Shown here: in pieces, positions 11,871-24,769 of the stretch
Position numbering within the stretch: the first letter of the stretch is position 1
Layout of the letters: every line of letters begins with the position of its first letter
Assembly: GCF_030028105.1 (NCBI RefSeq)
Contig: NC_092383.1
Location: 11,051,796-11,115,795, forward strand
From: Mobula birostris
Lineage: Eukaryota
Length of the DNA: 64,000 nucleotides
Direction of reading: 5' to 3'
Position numbers and translations under genes: made by a program
The notes under the pieces: generated by a model
What the model was told of the DNA's origin: nothing
The model's database searches: none
The model's input: the letters and a program-made list of their open reading frames with translations, nothing else

Positions 11871-12279
11871 CTATTCTATAGTTCACATAGTTAAATGGAC
11901 AGTGAAATTCTGATAATTTGGTACTTTTAGAAGTAATTTCAGATAATAAGATTTCCTGGGCTTTTGAGTGATACTTTAATTAATATCTACTTTTACTTTT
12001 CTTAAGAGTAATACATTTTGCTATGAATTCAGTGAGGTTAAAGGCAGCAGGAAATATACAAGCATTCCCGACCTCGGTTCTGGCCACAAACAGGCCCTGA
12101 CCCCTGGGCCTTCTCAACCCCAAACCTGGTTCCAGCCACACACCTGCCCCATGGTCATGACCCCCACACTGGCTGCACTCCGATTCTGTCCTAGCTGTAT
12201 TCGGATCATCTTCTGAATAAATGAGTGAGATGGATACCAGACCCTCGGAATCTCTGTACAATCAAATGCCAGATTATTG

Positions 12280-13040
12280 GAGTTTTTACTACTTTGTACT
12301 AGCTATTCTACATTGGCTTCCTGTATCTTTTAGAATTGAAGTACCTAGCTTGGGTGTTATCTTTGATTCTGATTTGAATTTTAAACCCCACAAGAAGGAA
12401 GTGACCTGAGCAGCATTACAAAATATTGCAAAGGCATATTCGTTTCTGCCATGTAGTGGTGCTAAAAAACTAATTCACACCTTTATATTGAATAGACTAG
12501 GTTAGTGCACTGCACTTTTTACTGACCTTCCAACGCAATCTATTGACATACTTCAACTCATTCAGAACCTCGCTAAAAGACTTTTAACCAAAACCAGGAT
12601 GAATGAACATATCACTCCCGTGCTAGCTACTCTGCAATGGCTTCCTGTATCTTTTAGAATTGATTTTGACATTCTCTTACTTCTTGTTAAAGCTCTTAAT
12701 GGTCTGGGACTGGAGTATACCGCAGAATCTTTTTTTGTTTTATAATCCTGCTCGCGCTCTCAGGTCTTCTGCTGCTCTGTTAAATTTAAACAACCTCCCT
12801 CAAAAGATAATTGACAAGTCAGCTTTTTTGAACTATGCTCCTAAACTGTGGAATTCAATACCTAAAACTATAAGGGACGCTGACTCAGTTGGCACTTTTA
12901 AACATCGGCTCAAACCCGATTTATTTAATCTTGCTTTTAACTAACATCTTTTTGTCTTTTATTTTCATGTTTTTACTTTTATCCCATTGCAAAGCAGTTT
13001 GAGCTACATCATCTAAATGAAAAGTGCTCTACAAATAAAG
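12280..13040 (+). mobile_element. L2-clade LINE 3' fragment
   Basis: LHWLPVSFRI and YNPARALRSS...AFLNYAPKLWNSIP...FKHRLK..LF..AF, followed by an AATAAA plus (TTA)n tail. Confidence 0.8.
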
Positions 13041-13329
13041 TTATTAATATTATTATTAATCAGATGCATCAACCAATTGGCTTGTTACAATTGTTTTAAA
13101 CTGAATCCCAGGATTAGGGCATCACTGTCCTTGCCATGGTTTATTGCCCCGAATGTGGTGGCTGTGAAAACCATTTCAGGTGATAGTCAGCATAGGTGCG
13201 GGCTCAGGAGAAAGCGATCATATATCAGCTTTTTATCCTCAGACGTCATTAGTGAACCAGATGGTATGTTCCAGGTGACCATTACTAATGATAGATTAAT
13301 GTTACTTGAAAAGACCTTTACTAATTCTT

Positions 13330-13720
13330 CAGAATCAGAAACAGGTTTAATATCACTGGCATATGTGGTGAAATTTGTGGCTTTGCGGCAGCAGTAAATT
13401 GCAATAGATAATAATAAAACCTGTACGTTACAAAATGAAGTATATATATTACAATTAAATTAGATATGTAGTGCAGGAAGAAAGGGGAAAAATAGTGAGG
13501 TGGTGCTCATGGGTGGGTTCAATGCCCATTCAGAAATCTGATGGCAGAGGGGAAGAAACTGCTCCTGAAACATTGAGTGTGTGTTTTCAGGCATCTGTAC
13601 CTCCTTGATGAGAAGAGGCATGGCCTGGGTGATGGGGGCCCTTAATGATGGATGCTGTCTTTTTGAGGCATTGCCTTTTGAAGGTGTTCTGGATGCTGGG
13701 GAGGCTAGTGCCCATGATGG
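13330..13720 (-). mobile_element. Rex1/Babar 3' fragment
   Basis: SIMGTSLPSIQNTFKRQCLKKTASIIKGPHHPGHA plus tail. Confidence 0.8.
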
Positions 13721-13729
13721 AGTGCTTCA

Positions 13730-14900
13730 ATATTCTGGACATCCCCTTTTCATCCAATGGGAGGCCACAAATTCTTGTAGTAGTATTCGAACTCATGCCT
13801 CCAACTGGATGTCCGGACTTGTGTTTACTGGTTCATAACTTAACCAGTAGCCAACCACACTTGTTACTGCATCAATAGAACAGAACATCGCACAATACAG
13901 CAAAGGAACAGGTACTTTGTGTGACACTTTCTGCAGACTTTTTCTTTGAGCCAACAGTCACATGTATCAAGGGAGGATTTGCCACATCAATAACATCTTT
14001 GGCTTTTTGTACCATTCAGGGACATTTTGTGCATCTCACATCCTAATCTCCTTTTCTGTAGTTCTGCTGCATCCTCTGCTGCAGTCTCTAATGACATTGC
14101 AATGGTCAATGCCCATTCTAAGGTTAGGTCTGTTAAGAACAGTAACCTTGTTTGAGTGCTTTGGCTATGCATGCCACATACAAGCCTGTCCTTTAATGCA
14201 CCAGAAAGTCCATCTCTAACGTCACAGTACTGGGAAAGTTTGCACAGTTCTGCAATGTATTGTAAATAGTTTCATCTTTTGACTTGTTTCTTTTGTAAAA
14301 TCTAAATCACTCAGCTATTACCAGCGGTTTGGGGCTCAAGCGATTTTGCAAAATTGTAACAATTTTGTCGAATGCTTTGCTTGCTGACTTTTCAGGGTTA
14401 CTAGGTTGCGTAAGAGACTGTGTGTTCTTGGGCCCATTAGGCTAGGAAGCTTAGGGGCTTTCTTTTGCTCCTCTGAGTTGTTTGCAATACAATACAGTTC
14501 AACCCTCTCGCTATACGACTCCCAGCCTTCATTAGTGCTACCAAATTCGTCACCTTTCCTGACTGAAGCCATCGCCACGTTATCTTCACTTTAAATGCAG
14601 TGCATCTTTCATTGTTGCTCAGGGGTCCTTTGGCTTTCTCGTGCTGTTCAATTCTCGCTGTTTTGTCCCGTGACTATCAGTGCAGTCCATGATATTTTCT
14701 GACATTCAGGTTCATACTTTTTGCCAATTTGTCGTGTCTGTGCACAACTATATATCTATTAACTGAAAGCACGAATATGGGAGATGACTCCAGCTGGTGT
14801 ACTCATATTGCAATGAGAGAGACAGAACAATGTGCATACATGGACAATACTGCATGCACAAACAACAGGTCAGTATGTGGTGCTAAGCAGGGTGGCGGGG
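13730..14900 (-). mobile_element. Ty3/Gypsy LTR retrotransposon gag remnant with probable 5' LTR end
   Basis: EF...NEGWESYSERVELYCIAN...LLRNLVT followed by frameshifted gag motifs (…DLTLEWALTIAMSLE). Confidence 0.7.
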
Positions 14901-15487
14901 GGGCGGGGGGTTGGTCATTGCTCCAGAAGAAATAGATCCATACATTACGGCTCGGATCCCAATATCCTGTCTTTATAGTCTATCTGGGCCGGTGTTTAAA
15001 TTGACCAAACAGCAGAACAGCAAAAAGTTCCGGCACCCTGAAGAGAGGAGTGAACATCATGGAGAGGGAGTGAAATCAGCTCTCGCCTTTGATCTGGGCC
15101 AGTATTTAAATCATCTAAACAGCAAATCGTACCTCACACTCGGACCCAGCTGCAGCAAAATGTTTTGGGCATTGACTGCGGTGCCCAGCGACTCACTCCA
15201 GGCCCAGATTTCGCCGCCCAGCCCAAAGCCGCTCCAAAGTCTTCAAACTAGCTTGACACCCAGAGTGATCCAACCTCACTCCCAGGCTAGTAGTACAGGT
15301 ACTGAATCTCCTCAGCCCAAGCCCCGACTTCTCCTCTCGGCTCCCAAGGTGATCCAACCATAACTATGGTTATGGTTAGTGAGTTCTAGCCATGTTATGT
15401 TGGCGCCAGAAGTGTGGCGACATTTCTTGCTGATTCAATTTGATACAAAGCACAGTTTGCTTTATAAAGTCATAGTCATCAAACGTT

Positions 15488-15803
15488 CATCATCATCATC
15501 AAGTGCCGTGTTGTATGACATCATCATTATGTGCCATATCGTATGACATCGTTATGTGCCATGTTGTATGATGTGGGTGATCATGTTCTTATCCATGACC
15601 ATGATTGTTCTTGCCAATTTTTTGACAGAACTGATTTGTCATTGCCTTCTTCTTGAACAGTGTCTTTATAAGACAGGGACCCCAGCCATTATCAATACTC
15701 TTCAGAGATTGTCTGTCTGGCATCAGTGGGTGCATAAGCAGGACTTGTGATGTGCACCAGCTGCTCATACAACATGCTCCCTTGGTTTCATGTGACCCTG
15801 ATT
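15488..15803 (-). mobile_element. RTE-type non-autonomous element (family copy, 5' truncated)
   Basis: Similar to 26997-27366, 39122-39461, 46520-46823 and 63176-63525; the tail is tandemly triplicated. Confidence 0.7.
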
Positions 15804-16065
15804 GCAACAGAACACAACAGTGTAGAAACAGGCCCTCTGACCCATCTAGTCTATGCCAAACTATTATTCTGTCTAGTCCCATTCACCTGCACCAGGGATG
15901 TAACCCTCCATTCCCCTCCCATCCATCGAGTTATCCAAACTTCTCTGAAGTGTTGAAATCAAACCAGCATCCATCACTTCCGGTGGCAGCTCGCTCCATA
16001 TTTTCACCACTCTCTGAGTGAAGATATTTTCTCTCATGTTCCCCGTAAGTTTTCCACCTTTCACT

Positions 16066-16680
16066 TGTAATTCCCTGGTTCACATCTTTACTGTTATGCT
16101 GTAGGTATTCCACTTAGCAGCTCTGTAAGAGCTGCTTGTTCTGCTTTCAGCCTGTTTGGGTTATTGTTGAAGATAAGGGATGATGTGGAATGTGTGCCAT
16201 CCAATTAGCGTGGGGTTTTCTTGGTGAGGGACAATAAGGTTGGGTCTGGGGTTTTTTTTTGTTCGAGAGGAGATGAAGAGAGAAGACGCTGGGGAGAACT
16301 GGTCGTAGCATACTATCCGGTGGGAGACCTGTTTGTTCAAGATGGATTGCGAGCAACATTCAAAGGGTTTTCACGTTGACCAAGGGTCCAACGCAAGATG
16401 AGCTCCAACTTGTGTACATTTGACCGTTTAATTAGAATGAGCCCTTTTTGTTGTTCTTTACTAACCCTTCAGTTAAGATTCATAAATGTAATTCCTTTGC
16501 TCGTATGCAGTGTGCTGTCTGATATTTTGTGGCACTAATCTGTAACAAGGTAACAAACGACACAGCAGCCACACAAACCGGGTTTGGGCTGGGATCAGGC
16601 GCACCTCAATCTCACGAGTTTGGCGGGGCCGGAGGTGGTTTTCCCTAGCCTTACGTAGCTAAGGAAACCGGGGTGTTTCA
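16066..16680. mobile_element. Solo LTR (615 bp)
   Basis: TG...CA termini and an exact 4-bp TSD CACT (16062-16065 / 16681-16684); interrupts a CR1 3' end. Confidence 0.75.
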
Positions 16681-16818
16681 CACTCATAATCTTTGATCTC
16701 TGCTTCTAGCCTCACCAGACCTCAGCAGAAAGAGCTTGCTTGCATTTGCCCGAACCGTACCCCTCACATATGTTTTGATGTTTCGATGTACATATGACAA
16801 ACAGAGCTAATCTTAATC

Positions 16819-16939
16819 CCTTACTCACTCTTCCTTCAGTTAGTCCTGACGAAGGGTCTCGGCCTGAAACGTTGACTGCACCTCTTTCTACAGGTGCTGC
16901 CTGGCCTGCTGCGTTCACCAGCAACTTTGATGTGTGTTG
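16819..16939 (+). mobile_element. 121-bp Penelope terminal (pLTR) insert
   Basis: 16-bp TSD AGAGCTAATCTTAATC (16803-16818 / 16940-16955); same terminus as the GIY-YIG-bearing copy at 52400-53330. Confidence 0.85.
16841..16878 (+). ncRNA. Minimal type I hammerhead ribozyme motif (Penelope-associated)
   Basis: UAGUC-CUGACGA-AGG GUCUCGG CCU-GAAACGUU-GACUG: intact core, stem II, palindromic ACGU in place of helix III, and helix I UAGUC/GACUG. Confidence 0.7.
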
Positions 16940-16974
16940 AGAGCTAATCTTAATCTTATTTAGTTCCAGAAAAG

Positions 16975-17720
16975 TGGGACGAGGATATTTGGACATTGCA
17001 GCAGGGTATGGATTAGTTGCAGGAGTGGGGAAAATCTTGGCAAATGGATCTTAATGAAGGGAAGCGTGAGGTTGCACATTTTGAGAGAAGGTATGAAAAG
17101 TCATACTGTTACTCAGAGAGAGATTGCAGATGAGAGCAGTACAGAGGGCTCTGGATTTTATTGTACATGAAGCACAAAAGATTAGTAATATCACGCTGCA
17201 AATGATTAAGAAGGCAAATGGCACATTTGCATTTATTGTTAATGAGTTGAAGTTTAAAAATAGAGAGGCATTGTTACAACTGGTCAGGGTATTGGTGAGA
17301 TTGGATTGGGAATACTGAGCAGTTTTAGTCCCATCAGACCATTAAATACAGGAGCAGAATTAGGCCATTTGGCCCATCGCATCTGGTCCACCATTTCATC
17401 ATGGCTGATCCATTTCCCCTCTCAGCCTCAATCTCCTGCCTTCTCTCCGTATCCCTTTATGCCCTGACTAATCAGGAATCTATTAATCTCTGCCTTAAAT
17501 ATACCCAATGGCTTGGCCTCCACATCCTCCTGTGGCAACGGATTCCACAGAATCACCTCTTTCTGGCTAAAGAAGTTCCTCCTCATCTCCGCTCTAAAAG
17601 GACACCCCTCCTTGAGGCTGTGTCCTCTGGTCTTAGACTCCCCCGCTTTTGGAAACATCCTCTCCACATCCACTCCATCAAGGCCTTTCAGCAGTCCAGA
17701 GGTTTCAATGAGGTCAGCCC
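16975..17720. mobile_element. Two nested CR1 fragments (+ at 16975-17330, - at 17338-17720)
   Basis: KKANGTFAFI...LLQLVRVLVRL.WEY on +; MDVERMFP.AGESKTRGHSL...EMRRNFFSQ on -. Confidence 0.8.
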
Positions 17721-18059
17721 TCTAAATTCCTTTGTATAAGATGTACTGGCATTGGAGTCGGTGCATAAGAGGACTACTTGGCTACTGGGATGAGAGAATT
17801 ATCCTATCACTAGGAGTCTGAACTTTGGTAGAATGAGAGGAATCATATTGAGACATCTCTTAAAGGAGTATGGCAGGGTGGACATCGAAATACCTCAATG
17901 ATGCAAGAATGTCATCCATTTTATGTGCCATCATCCTGGTACATTCCACCTCAGGCCAATGTCAGGCAGGTACTGTAGGAGCTGAGCACTGTGATTAGCA
18001 GGCATGAAACAGCGCAACAACCGATGGAGGGCAATTTTAAGGCAAAAACAAACCCAATT

Positions 18060-19680
18060 CCAAATTAATATTAGTGACAGAATCAGATGCACGCCAGCTC
18101 TGACAGGGTTTGCAGACCGTTACTTCCTACAAGGCGAAACCCAACATCATGAATAACTGTGACGCTTCACTCCAAGGTCAGCTCAATGCTGCTTATTGAC
18201 TTTGAAATGAGGCATAAAACTACGCCTGTGCAAATCCCTCTAGCATCTGGTGACCCTCTGATCTTTGTCTTGAAGGCCGACGTCAGAACATCTTTCAAGC
18301 GTTTGAACCCTCGCAAGGCGTCGAGCCCTGATAGTGTACCTGGAAGGGAATTGAAAACCTGTGCCAAACAACTGGCAGGAATGTTCAAGAACATCTTCAA
18401 TCTCTCACTGCTGCAGTAAGAGATTCCCACCTGCTTCAAATGGACAACAATCGTTCCAGTGCCCAAGAAGAGCTGGGTGAACTGTCGCAACAACTATCAC
18501 CCACATCCACTGCATTCACATCTACTGTGATCAAGTGCTTTGAGAGGTTGGTCAGGCCAGAATCAACTCCTGCCGAAGCAAGAACCTAGACCCGCTACAA
18601 TTTGCCTATTGTCACAAAGGCTACAGCAGATGCCATCTCACCCCTCTCCAGTCAGCCTCGGATTCCCTGGACAATCGCAAGAAAGGCTGCTGTTTATTGA
18701 TTACAGATCAGCATTCAACACAATTAAACCCTCAGTACTAATCAAGAAGCTCCAATACCTAGGCCTCTGTACCTCCCTCTGCAACTAGATCCTTGACTTC
18801 CTCACTGGGAGACTGCAATAAGTGCGATCAGAAAGAACATCTCCTTGCTGACAGTCGACACTGGCACACCTCAAGGATGCATGCTTTGCCCACAACTCTA
18901 CTCTCCCTACACCCACGACTGTGTGTCTAGGAACAGCTCAAGCACCATCTATAAATTTGCGGATGACACACAATTATTGTTGGCAGCATTTCAGGTGGTG
19001 ATGAGGAGGCATACAGGAGTGAGACGGGTCAGCTGGTAGAGTGGTGTTGCAACACCAACCTTGCACTCAGTGTCAGTATGAACAAGGAATTGTTTGTAGA
19101 TTTCAGGAAGGGGAAGCCAGGGAAACACACATGAATCTTCATTGAGGGTCAGCGGTGGAAAGGGTGAATAGTTTCAAGTTCCTGGGTGTCAACATCTCTG
19201 AAGTTCTATCCTAGGTCCAACATATTGATGCAATTACAAAGAAGGCATGTGCAGCTATATTTCATTAGGATTTTTAGGAGTCTCGCAGATTTCTATAGAT
19301 GTACCGTGGAGAGCTTTCGAACTGGTTGCATCACTGTCTGGTATGGAACGGCCACTGCACAGGTTCAGAAAAAGCTGCAGAAAGTTGTAAACTCAGCCAG
19401 CTCCATCGTGGGCTCTGGCCTCTCCAGCGTCAAGGACACCTTCGAAAGGCCATGCCTCAGGAACACAGCATCCATCATTAAGGACCCTTGTCATCCAGGA
19501 CATGCTCTTTTACCATCCAGCAGGAGGCACAGGAGGCTGAAGACACACACTCAATGACTCAGGAACAGCTTCTTCCCCTTTGCCATCAGATTTCTGAACG
19601 GGCATTGAACCTATGAACACTACCTCATTATTTTGTTTTTGCTCTCTTTTTGCACAAATTACTGAATTTACTTTTTATAT
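18060..19680 (+). mobile_element. Rex1/Babar LINE, decayed RT and C-terminus (tail resumes at 20492-20600)
   Basis: [51 protein letters not shown] and IYKFADDT, with frameshifts and stops. Confidence 0.9.
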
Positions 19681-19683
19681 ATA

Positions 19684-20491
19684 CGGTGGATTCCAGTAAA
19701 TTGGAACACATCAGAAGCAATTCAGTTTGGTCCAATTAAACAGTAGCCCCAATTAGTCAAAGTTTCTTGGAAATAGTTGAAATGTATGAAAAAAGACAAA
19801 CTGCTGTTTAACTGAGTAACAAATTGTGTTTTAAATGAAATACGGAACAAATTAAAACAGTAGCAATACTACCACAGTCCTATAAAACTGTAGTTTCTAA
19901 TAGCTGTCGACAGATGATTTCATCCAGTGCACACTGCCGATTTCTTTGATGAATTGTAAATGAACAAAATCAGTGCAGACACTTAGTACAGATAATGGAC
20001 TGCCTTCATACAGTGCTTTTGACAATTGCATCCTCCAAATCTTCATATTCGTGATAACATTCAGGATGATTGTAGATACCTTCAAAATCTTAGTAGTTTC
20101 TAACTCTTTAAAGTAGTGGTATTCACTGTCACCTGTTTCTGGCATCTCCAAGCTTGAATAATTGAAACTGCACAGAGCAAAACCGTTCAGAATTGTCTGA
20201 CTGCTATTTCTTGCAACAGTCAGTAACAAAAATGACTGTTGTTTGAACATAAACACAGGCAACAATGCTATTTAAAAACTGTGTAGTGTTTAACGGCCAC
20301 ACAAGTGCACGCGCAACTGATGGCTAGTTAGAAACTTTGGCAACGGCCTCCTGTCTCAATTAAGTGCACTTTGTCCCAAATAATCAAAGGGAATCCTGGC
20401 TACTTTCTCAATTAGTTTTTGTTCTTTAAGAGTTGGTCCAGCTAAGTCGTTGCCCTGATTAACTGATGGCCCAATTACCCAGAATCCTCTG
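19684..20491. mobile_element. Tc1/mariner (Tigger/pogo-like) non-autonomous element
   Basis: Imperfect TIRs CGGTGGATTCCAGTAAATTGG / CCAATTACCCAGAATCCTCTG, inserted at a TA-rich site in the Rex1 3' UTR. Confidence 0.65.
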
Positions 20492-21038
20492 TTTCTTATT
20501 GTAATTTATAGTTTTTAAAAAGATTATGAATTGCATTACTGTATACTGCTTCCAAAAAACAGCAAATTTCAGTGATATTAAACCTGATTCTGATTCTAAT
20601 GGGAAACTCTCAAATGTGGGATCATAGTAAGAACATAAGAGGCCACAGAAGGCTGTGAGTCTCTGAAATTCTCTACTTGAGAAGATTGAGGTGGCGAGAT
20701 CACTAGAGGTATTTGAGAGGTAGATTTTTCAGTTAGTTTGCGGCATTGGCACAGAAGAGAAGTTGAATCATGAGGTAAATCAGCTAGCATTATATTAAAT
20801 GGCAAGACATGTTTGAGGGGTTGGGATATACAGCTGCTCCCGGTTTCTTGTGATCCTCTGTTCAGCTACACGGTCAAACTAGGGCAGCAGGGGTTGCTCT
20901 GGCAGTAATCATAGCTGAGGGGAGACTTGCTGGGGAGCGGTGGAAGATCTTGGCTTGTGTGGGGTTAAAAGAGAGTAGATTTAAGGTTCATTTACCATGT
21001 GTACACGGAAACATACAGTGAAATGAGTTTAAAAATGC

Positions 21039-21200
21039 AAACACAAGGAAATCTGCAGTTGCTGGAATTTCAAGCAACACACATAAAAATTGCTGGTGAA
21101 CGCAGCAGGCCAGGCAGCATCTCTAGGAAGAGGTACAGTTGACGTTTGCGGGCTGAGACCCGTCATCAGGACTAACTGAAAGAAGAGCTAGTGAGAGATT
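21039..21200 (-). mobile_element. Penelope pLTR insert (hammerhead core disrupted)
   Basis: Near-identical to 25887-26020; GAAA changed to GCAAA. Confidence 0.8.
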
Positions 21201-22099
21201 CTTGCATTAACAACCAACACACCTGAGGGTGTGCTGGGGAAAGTCTGCATGTCGCCACACATTCCAGTGCCCGCATGCCCACAATGTTCAGCAGAACAAC
21301 ACAGAACACAACAAGCAACAAAACAACAGTCGCAAAGCAAGCCTCATTCCTCCTTCCCACCCCGACCATGCATATTCTTCTAACTCCAAGCCATCTGCTT
21401 TAGTGTCCAGCCTCAGATTTGGACTGGAACACGCAGGTGTTGGGCCTTTGACTGCCCCAGCAGACTCACAGGGATTCGCACACTTGGAGCTCCAGCCAGA
21501 AGGCCACGACTGCCGGTCTTCTGATTCGATCCCTGGGCCTCGATCCTCGGCATCACCACCAGCAGCCGCTTATCTTATTAGTGGAGGATTCAAGGAGCAG
21601 GTGGCGTAGATTTAAAATGCTGAGCAAAGGTACAAGGAGAGAACAAAGAAATACATTCTAGTTCAGGGAATGGTTACGTATAGGAACCCAGTAACCAAAA
21701 AGTGAAAAAAAGAGAATCAGATTCAATTCTAAAGAGAATTTGTGCAGGTACTTGAGAGGGCAGTTACAGAGTTAGAGAGAAAGGCCATAAGACAAAGGAG
21801 CAGAAGTCGGCCATTCAGCCCATCGAGTCTGCTCCGCCATTTTATCATGAGCTGATTCATTCTCCCATTTCGTCCCACTCCCCCGCCTTCTCACCATAAA
21901 GTACGAACTGAACAGATTGCTTAATTAACACCCAATATAATTTGATGGGCCCAATGGCTTCCATTTAACCTATAACTATTCTGTGATCCTTTGGTGAATC
22001 TGTGGGGTACATCACTCTTCTTCCTAGGAAATTATGCTACCAATATATCCCAGTACCTCAGAGAAATATTCTAATTGCTAATTTTTGCTATCATTGAAA

Positions 22100-22780
22100 C
22101 GCCAAGATGGTGCCGAGCTGTGGTCTCTGGTGCGGTTGTGGCACAGGTAGTTGTTTTTTAGCTAGTAGGGATGATTTTGGGAACAGAGTGCGGAGTTAGG
22201 GGTCAAGTTAGTGTTTAGGGACAGTGATGTGGGGGAGTTAGCAGTTAGGTTGGAGTCTAGGCCTCTGCAATCTGCTTTCTAAGATCAGCTTGTGATGAAG
22301 GACATCCGTGGATGGATGTCAAGCTGGCAAGCACCGTGGACAAAGGGCTAATGTTCCCCAAGGTCGGCAAGGTCCCCCCAGGTTGACAGATCCCGGGATG
22401 GGAGACCAGTGCGGGCAGGAGGCACGAGGGCCGGAGACTCCATAGGTCAGTGAGTCTGGAGTTTGGGTTCCATCATCAGCAAGTCCTGAGGTGATACTGA
22501 AGATCAAAGCCCAAAGGTTGATGGCCAAAGATAGCGAGTTTTGGTCAAGGCTGATAGCTGAAGCCTTGGGTCTGGAGGGGAGGGAGAAAAAGGACTTGTT
22601 TTATTGTTGGTGTTGTTGTTGCTGCTTGTGTGGCTCTCTCAAGCATTGTAGGCATGCTATGTTGGCGCCAGAATGTGTGGCGCCATTTGCAGGCTGCCCC
22701 AGCACATTCTTAGGTTGTGTTGGTTGTTAACTGTCTGTTTTCATGTACGTGATAAATAAATAAATGAATCTGAATCTGAA
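22100..22780 (+). mobile_element. Non-autonomous retroelement with shared 3' module and (GAATCT)n tail
   Basis: Begins GCCAAGATGGTG and ends GGCGCCAGAATGTGTGGCG...GGCTGCCCCAGCACAT...AATAAA...TCTGAATCTGAA. Confidence 0.55.
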
Positions 22781-22849
22781 AAACACATTGAAGTCAAATG
22801 TGCTCTGCTCTTCCATGCTGCATCTGACAATGTTATTTAAAACAGGCTA

Positions 22850-23470
22850 AAAGCAATACATAAATTACGGTCGGAAGTATATATATATTTAAAAAGTTAA
22901 ATTAAGTAGTACAAAAAAAGAGAAAAAAAGTAGTGAGGTAATATCCTTGGGTTCAGTGCTCATTCAGAAATCTGATGGCTGAGAGAAAGATGTCCTGGAT
23001 GCTGGGGAGGCTAGTGACCATAATGGGGCTGACTGAATTCGCAACATTCCACAGCTTATCTTGATGCTATGCAGTGGTTCCAACCACCCCACCCCTCCTA
23101 CCACCACCAGCATATCAGACAGTGATGCAGCCCGTTAGAATGCTCTTCACAACACATCTGCAGAAATCTGTGAATGTCTTTGTTGACATACCAAAATTCC
23201 TCAAACTCCAAGTGAAATATAGGCGTTGTGAGACCTTCTTTTTAGCTGCATCGGTACGTTCGGCCCAGGATAGATCCTCAGAGATGTTGACACCCAGGGA
23301 CTTGAAACTGCTCTTTCCATTTCTAATCCCTTGATGAAGACTGGAGTGTGTTCCCTCATCTTACCCATTCTGAAGTCCTCAATCAATTCTTTGGTCTTCC
23401 TGATGCTGAGTGCAATGTTGTTGCTGTGACATCACTCAACCAACTGATCTATCTTGCTCCTGCATGCGTT
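22850..23470 (-). mobile_element. Rex1/Babar fragment
   Basis: DFRMGKMREHTPVFI.G...ER.VSS remnant with the Rex1 3' UTR. Confidence 0.75.
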
Positions 23471-24049
23471 TAGCACTAAATAACACTATTCTGACCATCA
23501 CAGTTACTTAGATCATTACAGCCTGGCTTTAGTGTGCTGTGTAGTCATTACAACAGCAATGGACTGACAAAGAGCAGTATTGCTTCAGGGTTTCATCTCA
23601 CTGTTGCTGACATCCTTCTATATTTTCTGGTTAGACTGATTACAGCAGAAGCTATATTTTTGAAGGTTTAATACAATGCAGATGGAGAACTTATTTTTAT
23701 TTTTCTCACCCTGCTAAATTGGGCAATCAATGAAAGAAATAACATAGTGAATTCCTTCAAATCCATTGGCCCCGGGGGTAGCTGCTATGTTATTCTGATA
23801 TGAATCACAAGTGAAGTTCTTCGTAAATCCACATCTCGCAGTAATAGCCTCATGTTACAACAAGGCAACCACAAGACTGTTTACTCTTGTATTAGTGTTA
23901 TATTCAACATTTATAATCTTTAACTCAAATTCTGCAGATGCTGGAAATCTGGAGCAACACACGCAAACTGCTGGATGTTACTCAGCAGGCCAGGCAGCAT
24001 CTGTGGAAATTAATAAACAGTGGACGTTTCGGCCTGACTCCAACTCCTC

Positions 24050-24268
24050 CTTGACTACTAGCCCCCAGTGGAGCATAGGCCATCGATGTCCTCCAGTCTC
24101 CATCGTCCTCTGAAGTAGATGGCATGGTTGGAGTTCCTCAATGTTTCTGCAATCCATTGTATCCACTGTACAGGGGATAGGCCTATACAGCTTCACCAAA
24201 GCCCTGTTGGCCAGCCTTACCCGTTTCTACCTCTCGCGACAGGGACGTAGGGTTGGACATTGAGAGGC
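24050..24268 (-). mobile_element. Short RTE-like non-autonomous element (second family), copy 1
   Basis: About 200-bp match to 46045-46245; GGCCTATGCTCCACTGGG-type 3' end. Confidence 0.55.
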
Positions 24269-24404
24269 GTGACAGTACTATTTGACCTGTTTTATTTTCA
24301 GGCACTCCTTGAAGATAATAGCTGTTTTGTCCTAGAAACAATTAGCAGAGGTAAAATGCAACTTTAGAAAGGTTCCTACCAGTTTTAATTCGAAATTGAA
24401 CTAC

Positions 24405-24665
24405 ATGCAACCCATAAGGTTGCTTAACAAGATAAAATCCTATAGCATTACATGAAAGATACTGGCATTGATAGAGGAATGGCTGACAGGTAGGAGGCAG
24501 TGAGTTGGAATAAAATGGCCTTTTCTGGTTGGCTGTCAGTGACTAGTGGTGTTCCTCAGGGGTCAATATTGGGGCTGCTGCCTTTCACATTGTTTGTCAG
24601 TGATTTGGATAATGGAATTGATGGTTTTGTGGCAAAGTTTGCCAGTGGTACAAACATAGGTGGAT
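24405..24665 (+). mobile_element. CR1 RT fragment
   Basis: FSGWLSVTSGVPQGSILG..PFTLFVSDLD...VAKFA. Confidence 0.85.
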
Positions 24666-24769
24666 ACCTTGATGCACTGTGTAATGATTTGATCTGTATG
24701 AACAGTACACAAGGCAAGCTTTTTCCTGTATCTCAGTATGTGTGGGACAAAAATAAACCAATCATAGTA

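Noticed and set aside
14911-15363. 150-aa Pro/Ser/Gln-rich ORF
   Set aside because: It lies in a repeat body leading into the shared SINE-like tail, with no splice context or recognisable domain.
21135-21175. Active hammerheads at the other Penelope copies (also 32630, 33668, 37298, 49661, 53232, 61672, 63855)
   Set aside because: Each has mutations in CUGANGA, GAAA, the ACGU palindrome or helix I.
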